Source: a virus
Lineage: Duplodnaviria > Caudoviricetes
Direction: 5' to 3' (one strand)
Length of the DNA stretch: 64,000 nt
IMG/VR virus record: IMGVR_UViG_3300025389_000014
Span: 48,190 to 112,189 of that record
Shown here: one piece after another, positions 36,527-48,600 of the stretch
How positions within the stretch are numbered: position 1 is the first letter of the stretch
How the letters are laid out: every line of letters starts with the position of its first letter
Made by a program: the position numbers and the translations under genes
The notes under the pieces: generated by a model
Told to the model about the DNA's origin: nothing
What the model saw: only the letters and a program-made list of their open reading frames with translations
The model's database searches: none

Positions 36527-38767
36527 ATGGGACGCGATTATTTTGGAGTAGAAAGTGGACCAGGACCGGGGCCTTACCTAGCTGAGGTGGTGAATCACCT
36601 CGACTCGACCTACATGGGAACTATTGAGGTAGCTCTATTGAATAGAATAGCTACTACAGATATATCACTTAAATCTACTACATTTACTGTTAGATATATG
36701 AGTCCGTTTGCCGGAGTGACCAGTGCCAGATTCCAAGGTAATAACTCTGGTGACTTCAACGATGTACAAAAGAGTTATGGCATGTGGATGGTACCGCCCG
36801 ATGTTGGTACTACAGTGATGGTGATTTTTCCAGAAGGAGCAGGTATTGGCTACTGGATAGGGTGCGTACCTGACATGTATCAGAATCATATGATGCCTGG
36901 TATAGCTGCCAGCCAAAATGTAGCCATGACCACAGCACAAGAGCAAAAATATGGTACCAGATATCTTCCTGTGGCAGAATTCAATAAAAAGACCAATGAC
37001 GGTAACAATCAAAATATATCTAAGAGGCCCAAACCTGTACACCCGTTTGCAGATAGACTACTAGAACAAGGTCTACTACTAGATACAGTTCGAGGAGTCA
37101 CTTCTAGCAGTGCTCGTAGAGAAATACCTAGCCAGGTATTTGGTATCAGTACCCCCGGACCTGTTGATACGTCTGATGGCGCACCTAAAGGTAAGATTGG
37201 ATTTGATGGTAATAAAGTATTCCCAGTCAGCAGACTAGGGGGATCGACATTTGTCATGGATGACGGTGATCAGTCGGGTCAGAATGAACTGGTTAGGATC
37301 CGCACTCGAACAGGACATCAGATACTCTTACACAATTCAAGCGATTTAGTCTACATAGCCAACAGCAAAGGTACTGCCTGGATAGAACTAACCAGCGCCG
37401 GCAAGATAGATGTCTATGCTGAAGATAGTGTCAGCATACATACCAAAGGAGATTTTAATCTGCGTGCCGATAGAGATTTCAATCTAGAAGCTGGTCGTAA
37501 TTTCAATATCGCCGCAACTAAAGATTTTAATCTCAACATTGGACAGAATTCAAACATAATAACTGATACTGTTAAAATTAGTGTAGCTGGGGACTATAAT
37601 CTAGGAGTCACTGGATCTATCATCATGGCTGCAAACGCTAATATCAGTTCGTCAGCTGGTGCAGAAAATAAAATTTCTGCTAGCGGAAAATTAAGTCTAG
37701 CCGGTGCCGCTGTGACCGTAGGAGCTCAAGGCAAATTATCTGTAAGTGGTGCTAGCCTGGTAGCATCCGCAGGTCGTATTGATCTAAATGGACCTGCAGC
37801 CGATAGTCCATCAACAGCTGATTCTCCGGTGGCTCCTTTAGGATTGTCGCTGTTTAAAAATCCACAGCGTGTTGGCGGAACTGCATGGAGCAACGGTGCG
37901 TTCTACAAAGGGGATCCTATCGTTTCTATAATGCAAAGAATCCCTAGCCATGAGCCATGGGATCAACACGAAAATATCAATCCAACTCAGTTTAGTCTAG
38001 AAAGGACTGACAGCACCATAACCCCTACAGAAACAGCCGCCAACGGTTCTGTGATTGAAGGTCAGCCTAGTGCCAACACTCCGTATCCTGCGAGAAATGG
38101 CCCCGCCGGTGATCGAGGCACGGTACAAGGAACTCCATTCTCATGGACCACTGATCAACCATTCCTTACTAAAATAAAAGAAGTGTGTGGTAGGTTGGGA
38201 TTTGATCCACTGGACCTGATAGGGATCATGTATCTAGAATCAGCAGCCAGTATGGATCCTGCTAACCCTAATGGTAAGGGATATTATGGCCTGATACAGT
38301 TTGGTGGTCCAGCCGCGCAGACACTGGGAACAACTACCAGCGCATTAGCCGCCATGACTCGTGTAGGCCAGATGGATTATGTAGAAAAATTCTTCAAATA
38401 TTGGGGATGGCCAAATAAAAAATGTCCAAACCCCACTATAGGAAATATCTATATGACCGTGTTCTTACCTGCTTTTAGATTCTATGCCCCAGATCAGATA
38501 GTGTGTAGTGCTAGCGACCCAGCCACTGCCGCTTATTATAAAGGCAATCCAGCATTTGATCCTAGTCCTAAAAAAGGTTATATCACTCCTGCTATGGTAG
38601 CAGAAGCCGCTCTAATACAAAAACGTGCGGCTCTCCAATGTCTGGCCAATGCCGGTGTAGGTCCTGATTTAGTCGTGCCGACTGCTAACACAACTAATCA
38701 AGTGGTATCCGGAACTGGAATACCGGTGACCACTGGCTCAGGAACACCGCTAACTACAGGAAAATAA
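36527..38767 (+). CDS. gp5: Central spike gp5-like protein with a C-terminal lysozyme/lytic transglycosylase domain
   Basis: OB fold (PPDVGTTVMVIF...YWIGC), RIRTRTGHQI, beta-helix repeats, then ES...GYYGLIQF...QMDYVEKFF muramidase-like motif. Confidence 0.8.
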   Translation: MGRDYFGVESGPGPGPYLAEVVNHLDSTYMGTIEVALLNRIATTDISLKSTTFTVRYMSPFAGVTSARFQGNNSGDFNDVQKSYGMWMVPPDVGTTVMVIFPEGAGIGYWIGCVPDMYQNHMMPGIAASQNVAMTTAQEQKYGTRYLPVAEFNKKTNDGNNQNISKRPKPVHPFADRLLEQGLLLDTVRGVTSSSARREIPSQVFGISTPGPVDTSDGAPKGKIGFDGNKVFPVSRLGGSTFVMDDGDQSGQNELVRIRTRTGHQILLHNSSDLVYIANSKGTAWIELTSAGKIDVYAEDSVSIHTKGDFNLRADRDFNLEAGRNFNIAATKDFNLNIGQNSNIITDTVKISVAGDYNLGVTGSIIMAANANISSSAGAENKISASGKLSLAGAAVTVGAQGKLSVSGASLVASAGRIDLNGPAADSPSTADSPVAPLGLSLFKNPQRVGGTAWSNGAFYKGDPIVSIMQRIPSHEPWDQHENINPTQFSLERTDSTITPTETAANGSVIEGQPSANTPYPARNGPAGDRGTVQGTPFSWTTDQPFLTKIKEVCGRLGFDPLDLIGIMYLESAASMDPANPNGKGYYGLIQFGGPAAQTLGTTTSALAAMTRVGQMDYVEKFFKYWGWPNKKCPNPTIGNIYMTVFLPAFRFYAPDQIVCSASDPATAAYYKGNPAFDPSPKKGYITPAMVAEAALIQKRAALQCLANAGVGPDLVVPTANTTNQVVSGTGIPVTTGSGTPLTTGK

Positions 38768-38774
38768 ATACCTC

Positions 38775-39248
38775 ATGCCATATAAAAATATTGAACTTAA
38801 TATACCCAATGCCATCAACGAGGTTGCGGTCAAAACTGACCATTTCTATAAAGGATTCAGCAGTGTCGATAATAGCAATAAGAATTCTAGTCTCTATGAT
38901 TTTGACCTCATCAAACAGGATATAATCAATAATTTTAATACTCGTCGAGGTGAGCGATTGATGAATCCCACCTACGGTAGTGTCATATGGGACCTCTTGA
39001 TGGAGCCATTGACTGAAGATGTGCGACAGGTATTGTCAGAAGACATAACCTCGATATGTACCAGCGATCCTCGAGTAACTCCCTTACAGATAGATATTAC
39101 AGAATATGAACAGGGATATCTATTAGAATTAACTCTACAGTTGGTAAATCTAAATCAATCGTCTAAATTAAAATTGACCTTTGATCAAAGTATAGGTCTT
39201 ACTGTATCACAAACACCGGTGACCAGTGTTAATTATACACCAGGTTAA
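38775..39248 (+). CDS. gp25: Baseplate wedge subunit, gp25-like
   Basis: D.DLIKQDI.N.FNTRRGERLMNPTYGS.I..LL.EP...DPRV motif. Confidence 0.9.
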   Translation: MPYKNIELNIPNAINEVAVKTDHFYKGFSSVDNSNKNSSLYDFDLIKQDIINNFNTRRGERLMNPTYGSVIWDLLMEPLTEDVRQVLSEDITSICTSDPRVTPLQIDITEYEQGYLLELTLQLVNLNQSSKLKLTFDQSIGLTVSQTPVTSVNYTPG

Positions 39249-39281
39249 TGTGCTAATAAATACGCTATCTAAAAGAAAACT

Positions 39282-42200
39282 ATGACTATTCCAGCTACCA
39301 ATTCTAAACTACTAGTGGCCGAAGATTGGGTTAAGATATACCAATCCTTCCGCAACGCAGATTTTCAGAGCTATGACTTTGAAACACTGCGCCGTAGCAT
39401 GATCAATTATCTACAACAGACCTATCCAGAAGATTTTAATGACTATATAGATTCTAGCGAATATATGGCTTTGGTAGAGTTAATTGCATATCTAGGTCAA
39501 AATCTCAGTTTCCGCATTGATCTCAATGCTCGTGAAAACTTCTTAGAAACAGCACAGCGCCGTGACAGTATATTAAGACTAGCACAATTAGTCAGCTATG
39601 TACCTAAAAGAAATACACCTGCTACAGGACTATTAAAAATTGTAGGTATTGCTACTACTGATAATGTATTTGACAGTAATGGAAATAATCTAGCCAATAC
39701 ACAGATACAGTGGAATGACGCTACCAACTCTAATTGGTACAGTCAATTTATTACGTTATTGAATTCTGCCATGAGTGGCGGATATGCTTTTGGTAATCCT
39801 AGAGGTAGGGACACCATCGGTGGTATTCTCACAGAAGAATATCGATTTAATAGCAGTAACACTGATGTTCCTGCTTATGCCTTTTCTAAGTCTGTTAGTG
39901 GAGTTAGTACAGCGTTTGAAATCATACCCGCTACATTTTTAGGAAAAACCTATGTATACGAACAAACACCAATTCCTGGTAATTCTCTCAGTTTCCTATA
40001 TCAAAATGATAATAATGGATCAGGTAGTGCTGGTACAGGATTTTTTTTATTGTTCAAACAGGGATCGTTGAATGCGGTCAACTTCAATATAGATACTCCG
40101 GTGCCTAATGAAATTGTTGGAGTTAATGCTTCTAACATTAACAACACAGACGTTTGGTTATGGCAGTTAGATGCTAATGGTAACTATTCGACCCTATGGT
40201 CTCAGGTTCCTAATATTACAGGTAACAATGTAATCTACAACAATTTGAATCAACAGACAAGAAATATCTATAGTGTGCGCACCAGAGATCAAGATCAGAT
40301 CGATTTGAATTTCGCTGACGGTAGTTTTGGCAATCTTCCTAAAGGTCAATTCCAATTATTTTATCGCGTTAGCAACGGATTAAGTTATTCTATCACGCCT
40401 TCACAGATGAGCGGCATAGCATTAAAAGTTCCTTACTACAATAAATCTGGTCAAGCTCAGACATTAACGTTGACACTGGCTCTACAATATACTGTCAGTA
40501 ATGCCGCTACTGCCGAGACCAATGCTAGCATACAGACTAATGCACCTCAGGCCTATTATACACAGAATCGTATGATCACAGCCGAGGATTATAATATAAC
40601 TCCGTTAACAGTCAGCACTAATATACTAAAGATAAAAAGCGTGGCTCGTACAACCAGCGGATTAAGTAAGTATTTTGATCTCAGCGACATAACAGGAAAA
40701 TATAGTTCAACCAATATTTTTGCTTCAGACGGTATACTATATAGATCGCAACATGAAGAAAACTTCCAATTTACGTTCACTAGCAAAAATGATATATTCG
40801 TTGTCATTAAAAAGCGGATCGAACCTCTATTATTAAATCCAGGTCTGAGATCATTTTATCTAGATAAATGGCCTCGTGCATTGATGAGTGATTTTAATTT
40901 CCACTGGCATTTGAGCAACAGTGTTGCTGGACAGAGTCAAGGCTATCTGTATGACGCCAATAATAATGGTGCTCCTCAATCTCTGGGATCATACGCTAAT
41001 AATAATCTAATCTATGCTATACAGGGTGCCCTGTTACAGTTCGACAATGGAACCTGGACCACGATCAGTCAAGTTGTGGGAGATGGTTCTAACGGTGGGT
41101 TAGGAAATCTCGACAATGGGCAAGGACCTTTGATATTGAGTTCTGTGGTACCCGACGGTGCCCTGCTCACACAGATCATACCTGTATTTGTCAACAACTA
41201 TACCTATGCCTTTGAATCACAGTTAGTGAGCCTCTGTCTAAATCAAAGAAATTTTGGATTGACGTTTGATACGGTTTCTAGAACCTGGGCTATCATCACT
41301 GATACCAATCTGGATCTGTCTAGTCCTTTCAGTCTAGATCATCATAGAAATTTAGAAAATCTTAATCTAGATGCTAGCTGGTTGATATCATTCAGTTGGA
41401 TAGGTGATGCCTATAAGGTCCGATATAGATTTATAGACTATGTATTTGAAAGCGAAAAACAAACAGCCTTTTATGTAGATAAAACCAAAACGAATTATGA
41501 TTTCACTGATAACAAGGTTATCAAAGATCAGATTGATATACTATCTATCAATGCACAACCTAACAACAGTTCTTCGGGTATAGGTCAAGACCTAATTTGG
41601 CAGATTGATGATTCTATCGTACAACCAGATGGATACATTGAACCTAAGCGTGTCAAGGTAAGTTTTTATGAAAATGTTCAAACAAAACAGATAGACAATC
41701 CGGATGCCTTTGTTGACATAGTTGGAACCAATACTAATGCTGTCTATGATGCTGCCGGACTAGCTTTTATACCTAACTACATCTATTTCCAATTGGCCAG
41801 TGATGGGGTCACTTATCAGCTCTATACTGGCACAGTAAACGGCAATTATGCCACTCCTAACGATGCCGCATTTGCTATCAATAATGAATTGATATCTGCA
41901 CAATATGGAGATCTATTTTATTTCTATGACCCCGGCTACGATGTAGTCAAGAGTTATACACCTACGGCGATCAATTCCTTAGATCCTTGGACCTATGAAT
42001 ACAGATACAGAGCCTATCCTGGCAGATCTGGATTAAAATTCCATTACACTCACAATACCGGAGAAGAAGTAAGGATAGATCCTGCCAAGAGTAACATCAT
42101 AGATATCTATATATTAACGTCTGAATATGATACAGCATTTAGGAATTGGTTGATTTCTGGAGTAGGTACACAGCCAAGTCTTCCGACCAGTGCCAGTCTC

Positions 42201-42668
42201 GAAAGCAATTACAGCGGTCAATTAGAGCCAGTTAAATCTATCAGTGATCAGATCGTCTATCAACCGGTTAGTTATAGAGTTTTATTTGGCAGTACTGCTG
42301 AGCTAAGTCTACAGGCCATATTCAAAGCTGTACAAAATCCTTCAAGCACTGCTAGTTCTAACAATATTACATCGAGGATATTGAATGCGATTAATAATTT
42401 CTTCGCTCTCGAAAATTGGGATTTTGGTCAGAGTTTTTATTTCAGTGAACTAAGCACATACGTGATGAACCTGATGACACCGGATATCACTAATTTTATC
42501 ATCACCCCGTTGAGTTCAAATAATGGATTTGGTAGTTTATATGAAGTAGCCTGTCAGAGCAATGAGATTTTTATCAGTGGAGCTACAGCGGCCAATATAC
42601 AGGTAATCAATGCGATTACGGCCAGTCAACTAAATTCTACACAATCAATTATTACCAACGGAAGCTGA
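39282..42668 (+). CDS. gp6: Baseplate wedge subunit, gp6-like (1128 aa)
   Basis: DFETLR, FNDY..SS, ENFLETAQRRDSILRLA..VSY.P, F.DG.FG..P and AP..Y.TQNRMITAEDY motifs. Confidence 0.9.
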   Translation: MTIPATNSKLLVAEDWVKIYQSFRNADFQSYDFETLRRSMINYLQQTYPEDFNDYIDSSEYMALVELIAYLGQNLSFRIDLNARENFLETAQRRDSILRLAQLVSYVPKRNTPATGLLKIVGIATTDNVFDSNGNNLANTQIQWNDATNSNWYSQFITLLNSAMSGGYAFGNPRGRDTIGGILTEEYRFNSSNTDVPAYAFSKSVSGVSTAFEIIPATFLGKTYVYEQTPIPGNSLSFLYQNDNNGSGSAGTGFFLLFKQGSLNAVNFNIDTPVPNEIVGVNASNINNTDVWLWQLDANGNYSTLWSQVPNITGNNVIYNNLNQQTRNIYSVRTRDQDQIDLNFADGSFGNLPKGQFQLFYRVSNGLSYSITPSQMSGIALKVPYYNKSGQAQTLTLTLALQYTVSNAATAETNASIQTNAPQAYYTQNRMITAEDYNITPLTVSTNILKIKSVARTTSGLSKYFDLSDITGKYSSTNIFASDGILYRSQHEENFQFTFTSKNDIFVVIKKRIEPLLLNPGLRSFYLDKWPRALMSDFNFHWHLSNSVAGQSQGYLYDANNNGAPQSLGSYANNNLIYAIQGALLQFDNGTWTTISQVVGDGSNGGLGNLDNGQGPLILSSVVPDGALLTQIIPVFVNNYTYAFESQLVSLCLNQRNFGLTFDTVSRTWAIITDTNLDLSSPFSLDHHRNLENLNLDASWLISFSWIGDAYKVRYRFIDYVFESEKQTAFYVDKTKTNYDFTDNKVIKDQIDILSINAQPNNSSSGIGQDLIWQIDDSIVQPDGYIEPKRVKVSFYENVQTKQIDNPDAFVDIVGTNTNAVYDAAGLAFIPNYIYFQLASDGVTYQLYTGTVNGNYATPNDAAFAINNELISAQYGDLFYFYDPGYDVVKSYTPTAINSLDPWTYEYRYRAYPGRSGLKFHYTHNTGEEVRIDPAKSNIIDIYILTSEYDTAFRNWLISGVGTQPSLPTSASLESNYSGQLEPVKSISDQIVYQPVSYRVLFGSTAELSLQAIFKAVQNPSSTASSNNITSRILNAINNFFALENWDFGQSFYFSELSTYVMNLMTPDITNFIITPLSSNNGFGSLYEVACQSNEIFISGATAANIQVINAITASQLNSTQSIITNGS

Positions 42669-42672
42669 ATAA

Positions 42673-45600
42673 ATGGCCGCTAGTACCAGCACAATAAGTT
42701 CGATAAATTTTTTACCTGAATACCTAAGAACTGATAAAAATTCTAAATTTTTATCCGCTACTCTTGATCAATGGATTCGACCAGCACAGCTTGAACGCAT
42801 CAGTGGATTTATAGGGTCTAAAAATACACCTAACTATGTTTCTACTAGTGATGTTTACATACCAGAAAGTCTTCCTCTACGTAGAGACTATCAACTAACT
42901 CCTGCACTGGTGGTTAACGATGCTGTTTATGAAATACAGGATGTGATAGCTCTAGATGATTTAATTGACGAAATAGCAGTCAAAGGCGGAAAGACTGAGA
43001 ATCTAGATAGACTACTACGCAGTGAATTCTATAGTTATAATCCTTGGATCGATTGGGACAAATTAATCAACTATCAAGAATACTATTGGCTAGTTGAAGG
43101 ACCAGACGAAATTCTAGTAGACGAAGATTTGATCACAATCGTAAAAAATATATTGGGACAACAGACCTATACCAATGCCATTACTGGATTGACTTTTACC
43201 AATGGATTACGATTAAGATTTATAAATCCAGAACTTGAAGGAACACAGTACTATCAACGAGATTTTTTTGTAGAGGGGGTTGGTACAGCCCAAGGAATCC
43301 GACTGATAGATGTAGACACATTAGTCACCCCTGAACCTATTGCAAGTCTATTCAAGGACAGATTTGGCTCGTATCATTTTGATTATTATAAATTTGATGC
43401 TACAGAAAAATTACCGTTAATCCCTGAATATGTAACCATCAATAGAGCCAGCCAAGATATTAATTCCTGGAGTAGATACAATCGATGGGTGCATTCTGAT
43501 GTGATCCGTATAACTGCTGAGGCACAGGGTAGATTGGTCGAATATCCTTCAGAATATAGAGCTCAACGTCCCATTATAGAATTCTCCGCAGATCTCAAAT
43601 TATACAATCACGGAACTGTGGGTATTCCTAATATTGAATTTATCGATAATACTATCACGGACCCCACAGTGATCAATGGTACTTTTGGCTACTACATTGA
43701 TCAAGTATTGTTACAAAAGGGCAATAGGATAATATTCAATGCTTCTCCTAATCCCGAGATGATCTACGAAGTCAATGTCACAGCAGGAACTTATCAATTA
43801 GAGTTAGTCGAGTCAACTACAGTAGCAGTGGGATCTCAGGTAACTATCGACCTTGGAGTAGAAAACAACGGAACTGATTGGTGGTACAACGGCGTCAATT
43901 GGCAGCTGTCTCAACAGCACACTTCGCTAAATCAAGCACCCCTGTTTGATCTGTTTACTGATCAAGGTATAAGCTATAGCGATAAAATCAATCTTCCTAG
44001 TAATTTCCTAGGATCGAAGATATTCGGATATACTCTAGGGACCGGAACCAGTGATCCGTATCTAGGATTTCCTCTAAAATATCGCAATGCTGTAGAACAG
44101 GGCGACTATCTGTTTTCAAATTATTTTATGACAGATACTATTTCTGTAGTGGCAGGATCTCAAAGCGTTACAGTGATCCCTACGAGCCAGACCTATTTGA
44201 AATTTGTACACAGGGATACTGAGCAGTATGTTAATGTGTGGATTGATTCTGCAGATTATCAGATTCCTGTTTTACAGTTTCAAACCATAATCACTGCTAC
44301 TAATTCTATTGCGGTGTCGGCAATCAAAACTCCTGCGGCTTTTGATTATGAAGCCTATCTAAACACACAGATACTACCAAATACTTCTAGCTTTATTACT
44401 GTTAATTCCGGAACCTATCAGATAAACTTCGACAACACATTAACCGCAGGTACAAATGTGTTATTAAAATTTTATACCACCGCCACAGTCACAGCCGGTG
44501 GATATTATGAACCACCCTTGGGTCTTACAAATAACCCACTGAATGGGCCTATCTCACAGTTCACCCTTTCAGAACTCGGCGATCATGTACATACCATGAT
44601 TGAAAGAGATCCTGGATTTGTAGGAATATTTCCTGGAGTCAGTAACCTAAGAGATTTAGCTAACGTTGGCCAATACGGAACTAGATTAGTATCTAATAAA
44701 AACCCCATAGCCTTTGCTGACATGTTTATAGGAAAGAAAGAACACAGTGTTATTGATGCGATAACCAAGGTAGCAGATCAGTATAATCAATTCAAGAGTC
44801 AGATAATATCTCTGATGAACAGGGTGGTAGATCAGCAGGATCCTGTGGCTTTACTAGATGAAATTTTGTCTGTGATTAATCAAGATAAAACACCTAAAAG
44901 CGCATATTTTCTATCAGACATGATAGGACATGGTACTGATAAAACAGTACGTACCTATACTGCATCTGGATCGACTGAGTTTAGCATTAGTAGTCCTTTT
45001 TCTACCACGGAACTAGGCCTGCGTTCTATATTAGTATATCTAAATGGAGAACAGTTGGTATTACATCGGGATTATGTATTTGTAGAAAACGACTATGTAT
45101 TAAATGTACTCGCTCAATTGCATGATGGAGATACTATAACCATAGTAGAATATCCAGATACTTCTGGCTGTTACGTTCCGCCAACACCGACGAAGTTGGG
45201 ATTGTATCCAAGTTTTTATCCAACGAAATATGTAGACAATACCTACGTTGTTCCAAGGACAGTCATACAAGGACACGATGGTAGTATCACAGTAGCCTTT
45301 GATGATTTCCGAGATGATGTTTTATTGGAATTTGAAAAACGTATCTATAACAATATCAAATCTAAGTATAGGGCAGAACTATTCGATATCAATTCTGTTA
45401 TTCCTGGTGCTTTTAGGAATAATCAATACAGTCTCGCTGAAGTAGATGATATATTAGAATCGAGATTTATCAAATGGTCTGGCCTCAACGGAGTTGACTA
45501 TACTACTAATACTATATTTGACGAAGCAGACCCGTTTACTTGGAATTATCGTGGAGGCTATATACCTTCTCTGGGACTACAGGTTGGTGGATATTGGAGA

Positions 45601-48600
45601 AGCATATACAAATATCTATATGATACAGATCGCCCACATACCTATCCTTGGGAAATGTTTGGATTTTCGGAAGAGCCCGATTGGTGGATAAGCGAATACG
45701 GTGGAAAATATGAAAACCTATGGCAGGATGTTGAAGCAGGAATCATACGTCAAGGAACTCGTGCAGGAACCTATAGTATATATGCTAGACCTGGAATCAT
45801 AGAAAATGGGTTGGTTCCTGTAGATATTGTTGGCAATCTCATAGATCCAACTGTATTGATACAAAATGTAACCATATATAACCGAAGACAAAATTGGCAG
45901 TTCGGAGACCAAGCACCTGTTGAAACAGCGTGGAGACGTAGCAGTTATTACCCATTTGCTGTGCAACGCCTATTGGCTCTGACCAAACCTGCGACCTACT
46001 CTGCACTGATGTATGATCTCAGTCGAGTGGATAAAAATATTGCCGGTCAATGGGCCTACAAGAACAACGCATTTTTTAATTTTAATGATCTAATCATACA
46101 CGGTGAAAACTCTAAGTTAACCAGCGGATATAGTCAGATGATCAGCGAAGTAGGGGGTCAGCGCACACAGAATTATATTGCGGAACTGCGCAGTGACCTA
46201 AGCTATGCTGATTTTAATTTATTTTATAAAGTGGGCGGATTCGTCAGTAAAGATAAACTACAGATTACCATAGATGCCTATGAACCAAACAGTAACAGCC
46301 CTGGAGCCATCCTGCCTGTTGAAGATTATACTCTGAGATTGAACGTTAGTAATCCTATTATCTCTGCCAGTATATCTGGTATGGTAGTACAGAAAACTGC
46401 AGATGGAAATTTCGTAATCAAAGGTTATGACACACAGTCTCCTTATTTTACTGTCTATACTCCAATCCGTACATCTAGCACTCCTACTATCACTGTGGGA
46501 GGTGTGAGTGAATCTTATGTAGTATGGACCAATAGTTCTGCTGCCGGCGGAAGTCTATCGACCAGTATCGAAACTACCTCAGCCGTTGGTGCCGCAGGAG
46601 TATTTTATCAAGCTGGACAGATAGTATCATATGGTGGTTCTTATTATAGAGTCAAAATCAGTCATCAGGCTGAATCTGCTTTCAATCTGGATTATTATCA
46701 AATACTACCTTATCTTCCTACTACAGGGGGAGCTTCGGTTCAGATAGCTGATAGATTTGACAGTGTAGTAAAAGAAATACCTTACGGTATGGAATTTAGT
46801 TCTACGCAGGCTGTATATGATGTCATCGTGGGGTATGGTGCTTGGTTAAAAGATCAAGGATTTATATTTGATGAATATAATAGCAAGATCAATGATGTTA
46901 TAAATTGGGAATTTTCTGGTAAGGAATTTTTATATTGGACCACACAGAACTGGGCCGCCAATAATGTTATCACGATGAGTCCTTTCGCTGACCAGATAAA
47001 ATATTCTTATAATCAAAGTGTTGTAGATAATTTATTTGACACATTCTATGAATATAGCCTATTGTTGGCCAATGGCTTACCTTTCCCTAAAGATAATTTA
47101 TTTGTCAATAGGCAGGCAGGAGTATGTACGATTTCTGCTACAACATCTACAGACGGAATTTATTTTGCCAGATTAAATTCAGTACAGAAAGAACACAGTT
47201 TAGTGTTTAATAACAAGACAATTTTTAATGATGTCATTTATGATATAGAAACTGGTTATCAACAACAGCGTATGAAGGTAAGTGGATTCCGTACAAAAAA
47301 TTGGACAGGAGATTTATATAGTCCCGGATTTGTCTACGATGATGTACAGATAAGCAATTGGCAGATCAATACTGCGTATCGATCTGCACAGGTAGTCCAA
47401 TATAACGGTACCTACTACTCAGCTAAAACAAATTTAGAATCATCGAAAATTTTCAACATCACTGATTGGATAGCATTAGACAAAAAACCTCAAGGCGGAC
47501 TATTACCTAATTTTGATTATAAGATAAATCAATTCCAAGATTTCTATAGTTTAGATATTGATAATTTTGATGCAGGTCAGGAAAAAATGGCCCAACATCT
47601 CACAGGCTACACACCTAGAGTTTATCTAAACAATATTTTTACAGATCCTATCGCTCAGTATAAGTTCTATCAAGGATTCATCCGTGAAAAAGGAACTCGT
47701 AATGCTGTACAAAAATTATCCAAGGCCGCTGTACAAAATTTCCAAGGAGTTATAGAATATAACGAAGAGTGGGCATTACGTATAGGTGAATACGGTAGTT
47801 TTTCTACCTACAAAGAATTAGAAACTACTCTAGTAGAAGGAACGTTCTTTGAGAATCCGCAGATCATTAATTATGTGAAATCTGCACCCCTTGGCAACAG
47901 TTTGATTTATTATAGTACAGCTGGCAATTGGGCCATCGTACCTGATAATTATGATCCAGCACAGACATTCTATACCACAACCGGCACCTATCAGACTAAT
48001 TCTTATATACTGCCTACAGCAGGTTATACGAGATCTGATGATGTAACTTATACAGCCTATAATGAAAACAGTCTATTAGCAATAACAAATAATGACACAA
48101 TCAATCTAGGAGATACCGCTTGGTTAGGATTTAAGCAAAATGGAGATTGGGACGTCTTGCGATATAACCTGTCGCAATCTGGTGTTGTCGATGCCGAAAT
48201 TGGATTATATGGACAAGAAATAATTTTTACAACTAATAAACCTCACAGGCTATCAGCAGGTGACATCGTTTCTCTAGTCAACTATACTAGCCAATTAAAC
48301 GGTGTGTATATGGTTAAGTCTATAGTGACAAGCAATCAATTTAGTATAGCATCTACTGTACAGACAATAGATACTACACTAGTAGTTGGCGCTGGACAGT
48401 TATTCAAATTCTCTACAGCAAGGGCCAAAACCTTTGATACCTTACCTAACGATTCTGAGCTGTTATCATTACCTCAAGGTTCTCTATTCTGGGTCGACAG
48501 CGATCTAGAAGATGGCACAGGCCGCTGGGCAGTATACAATAAGATACAAAATTATTATCCTACAGGCATTACTAGTGGTATAAAAGGTTATAATGAACAG

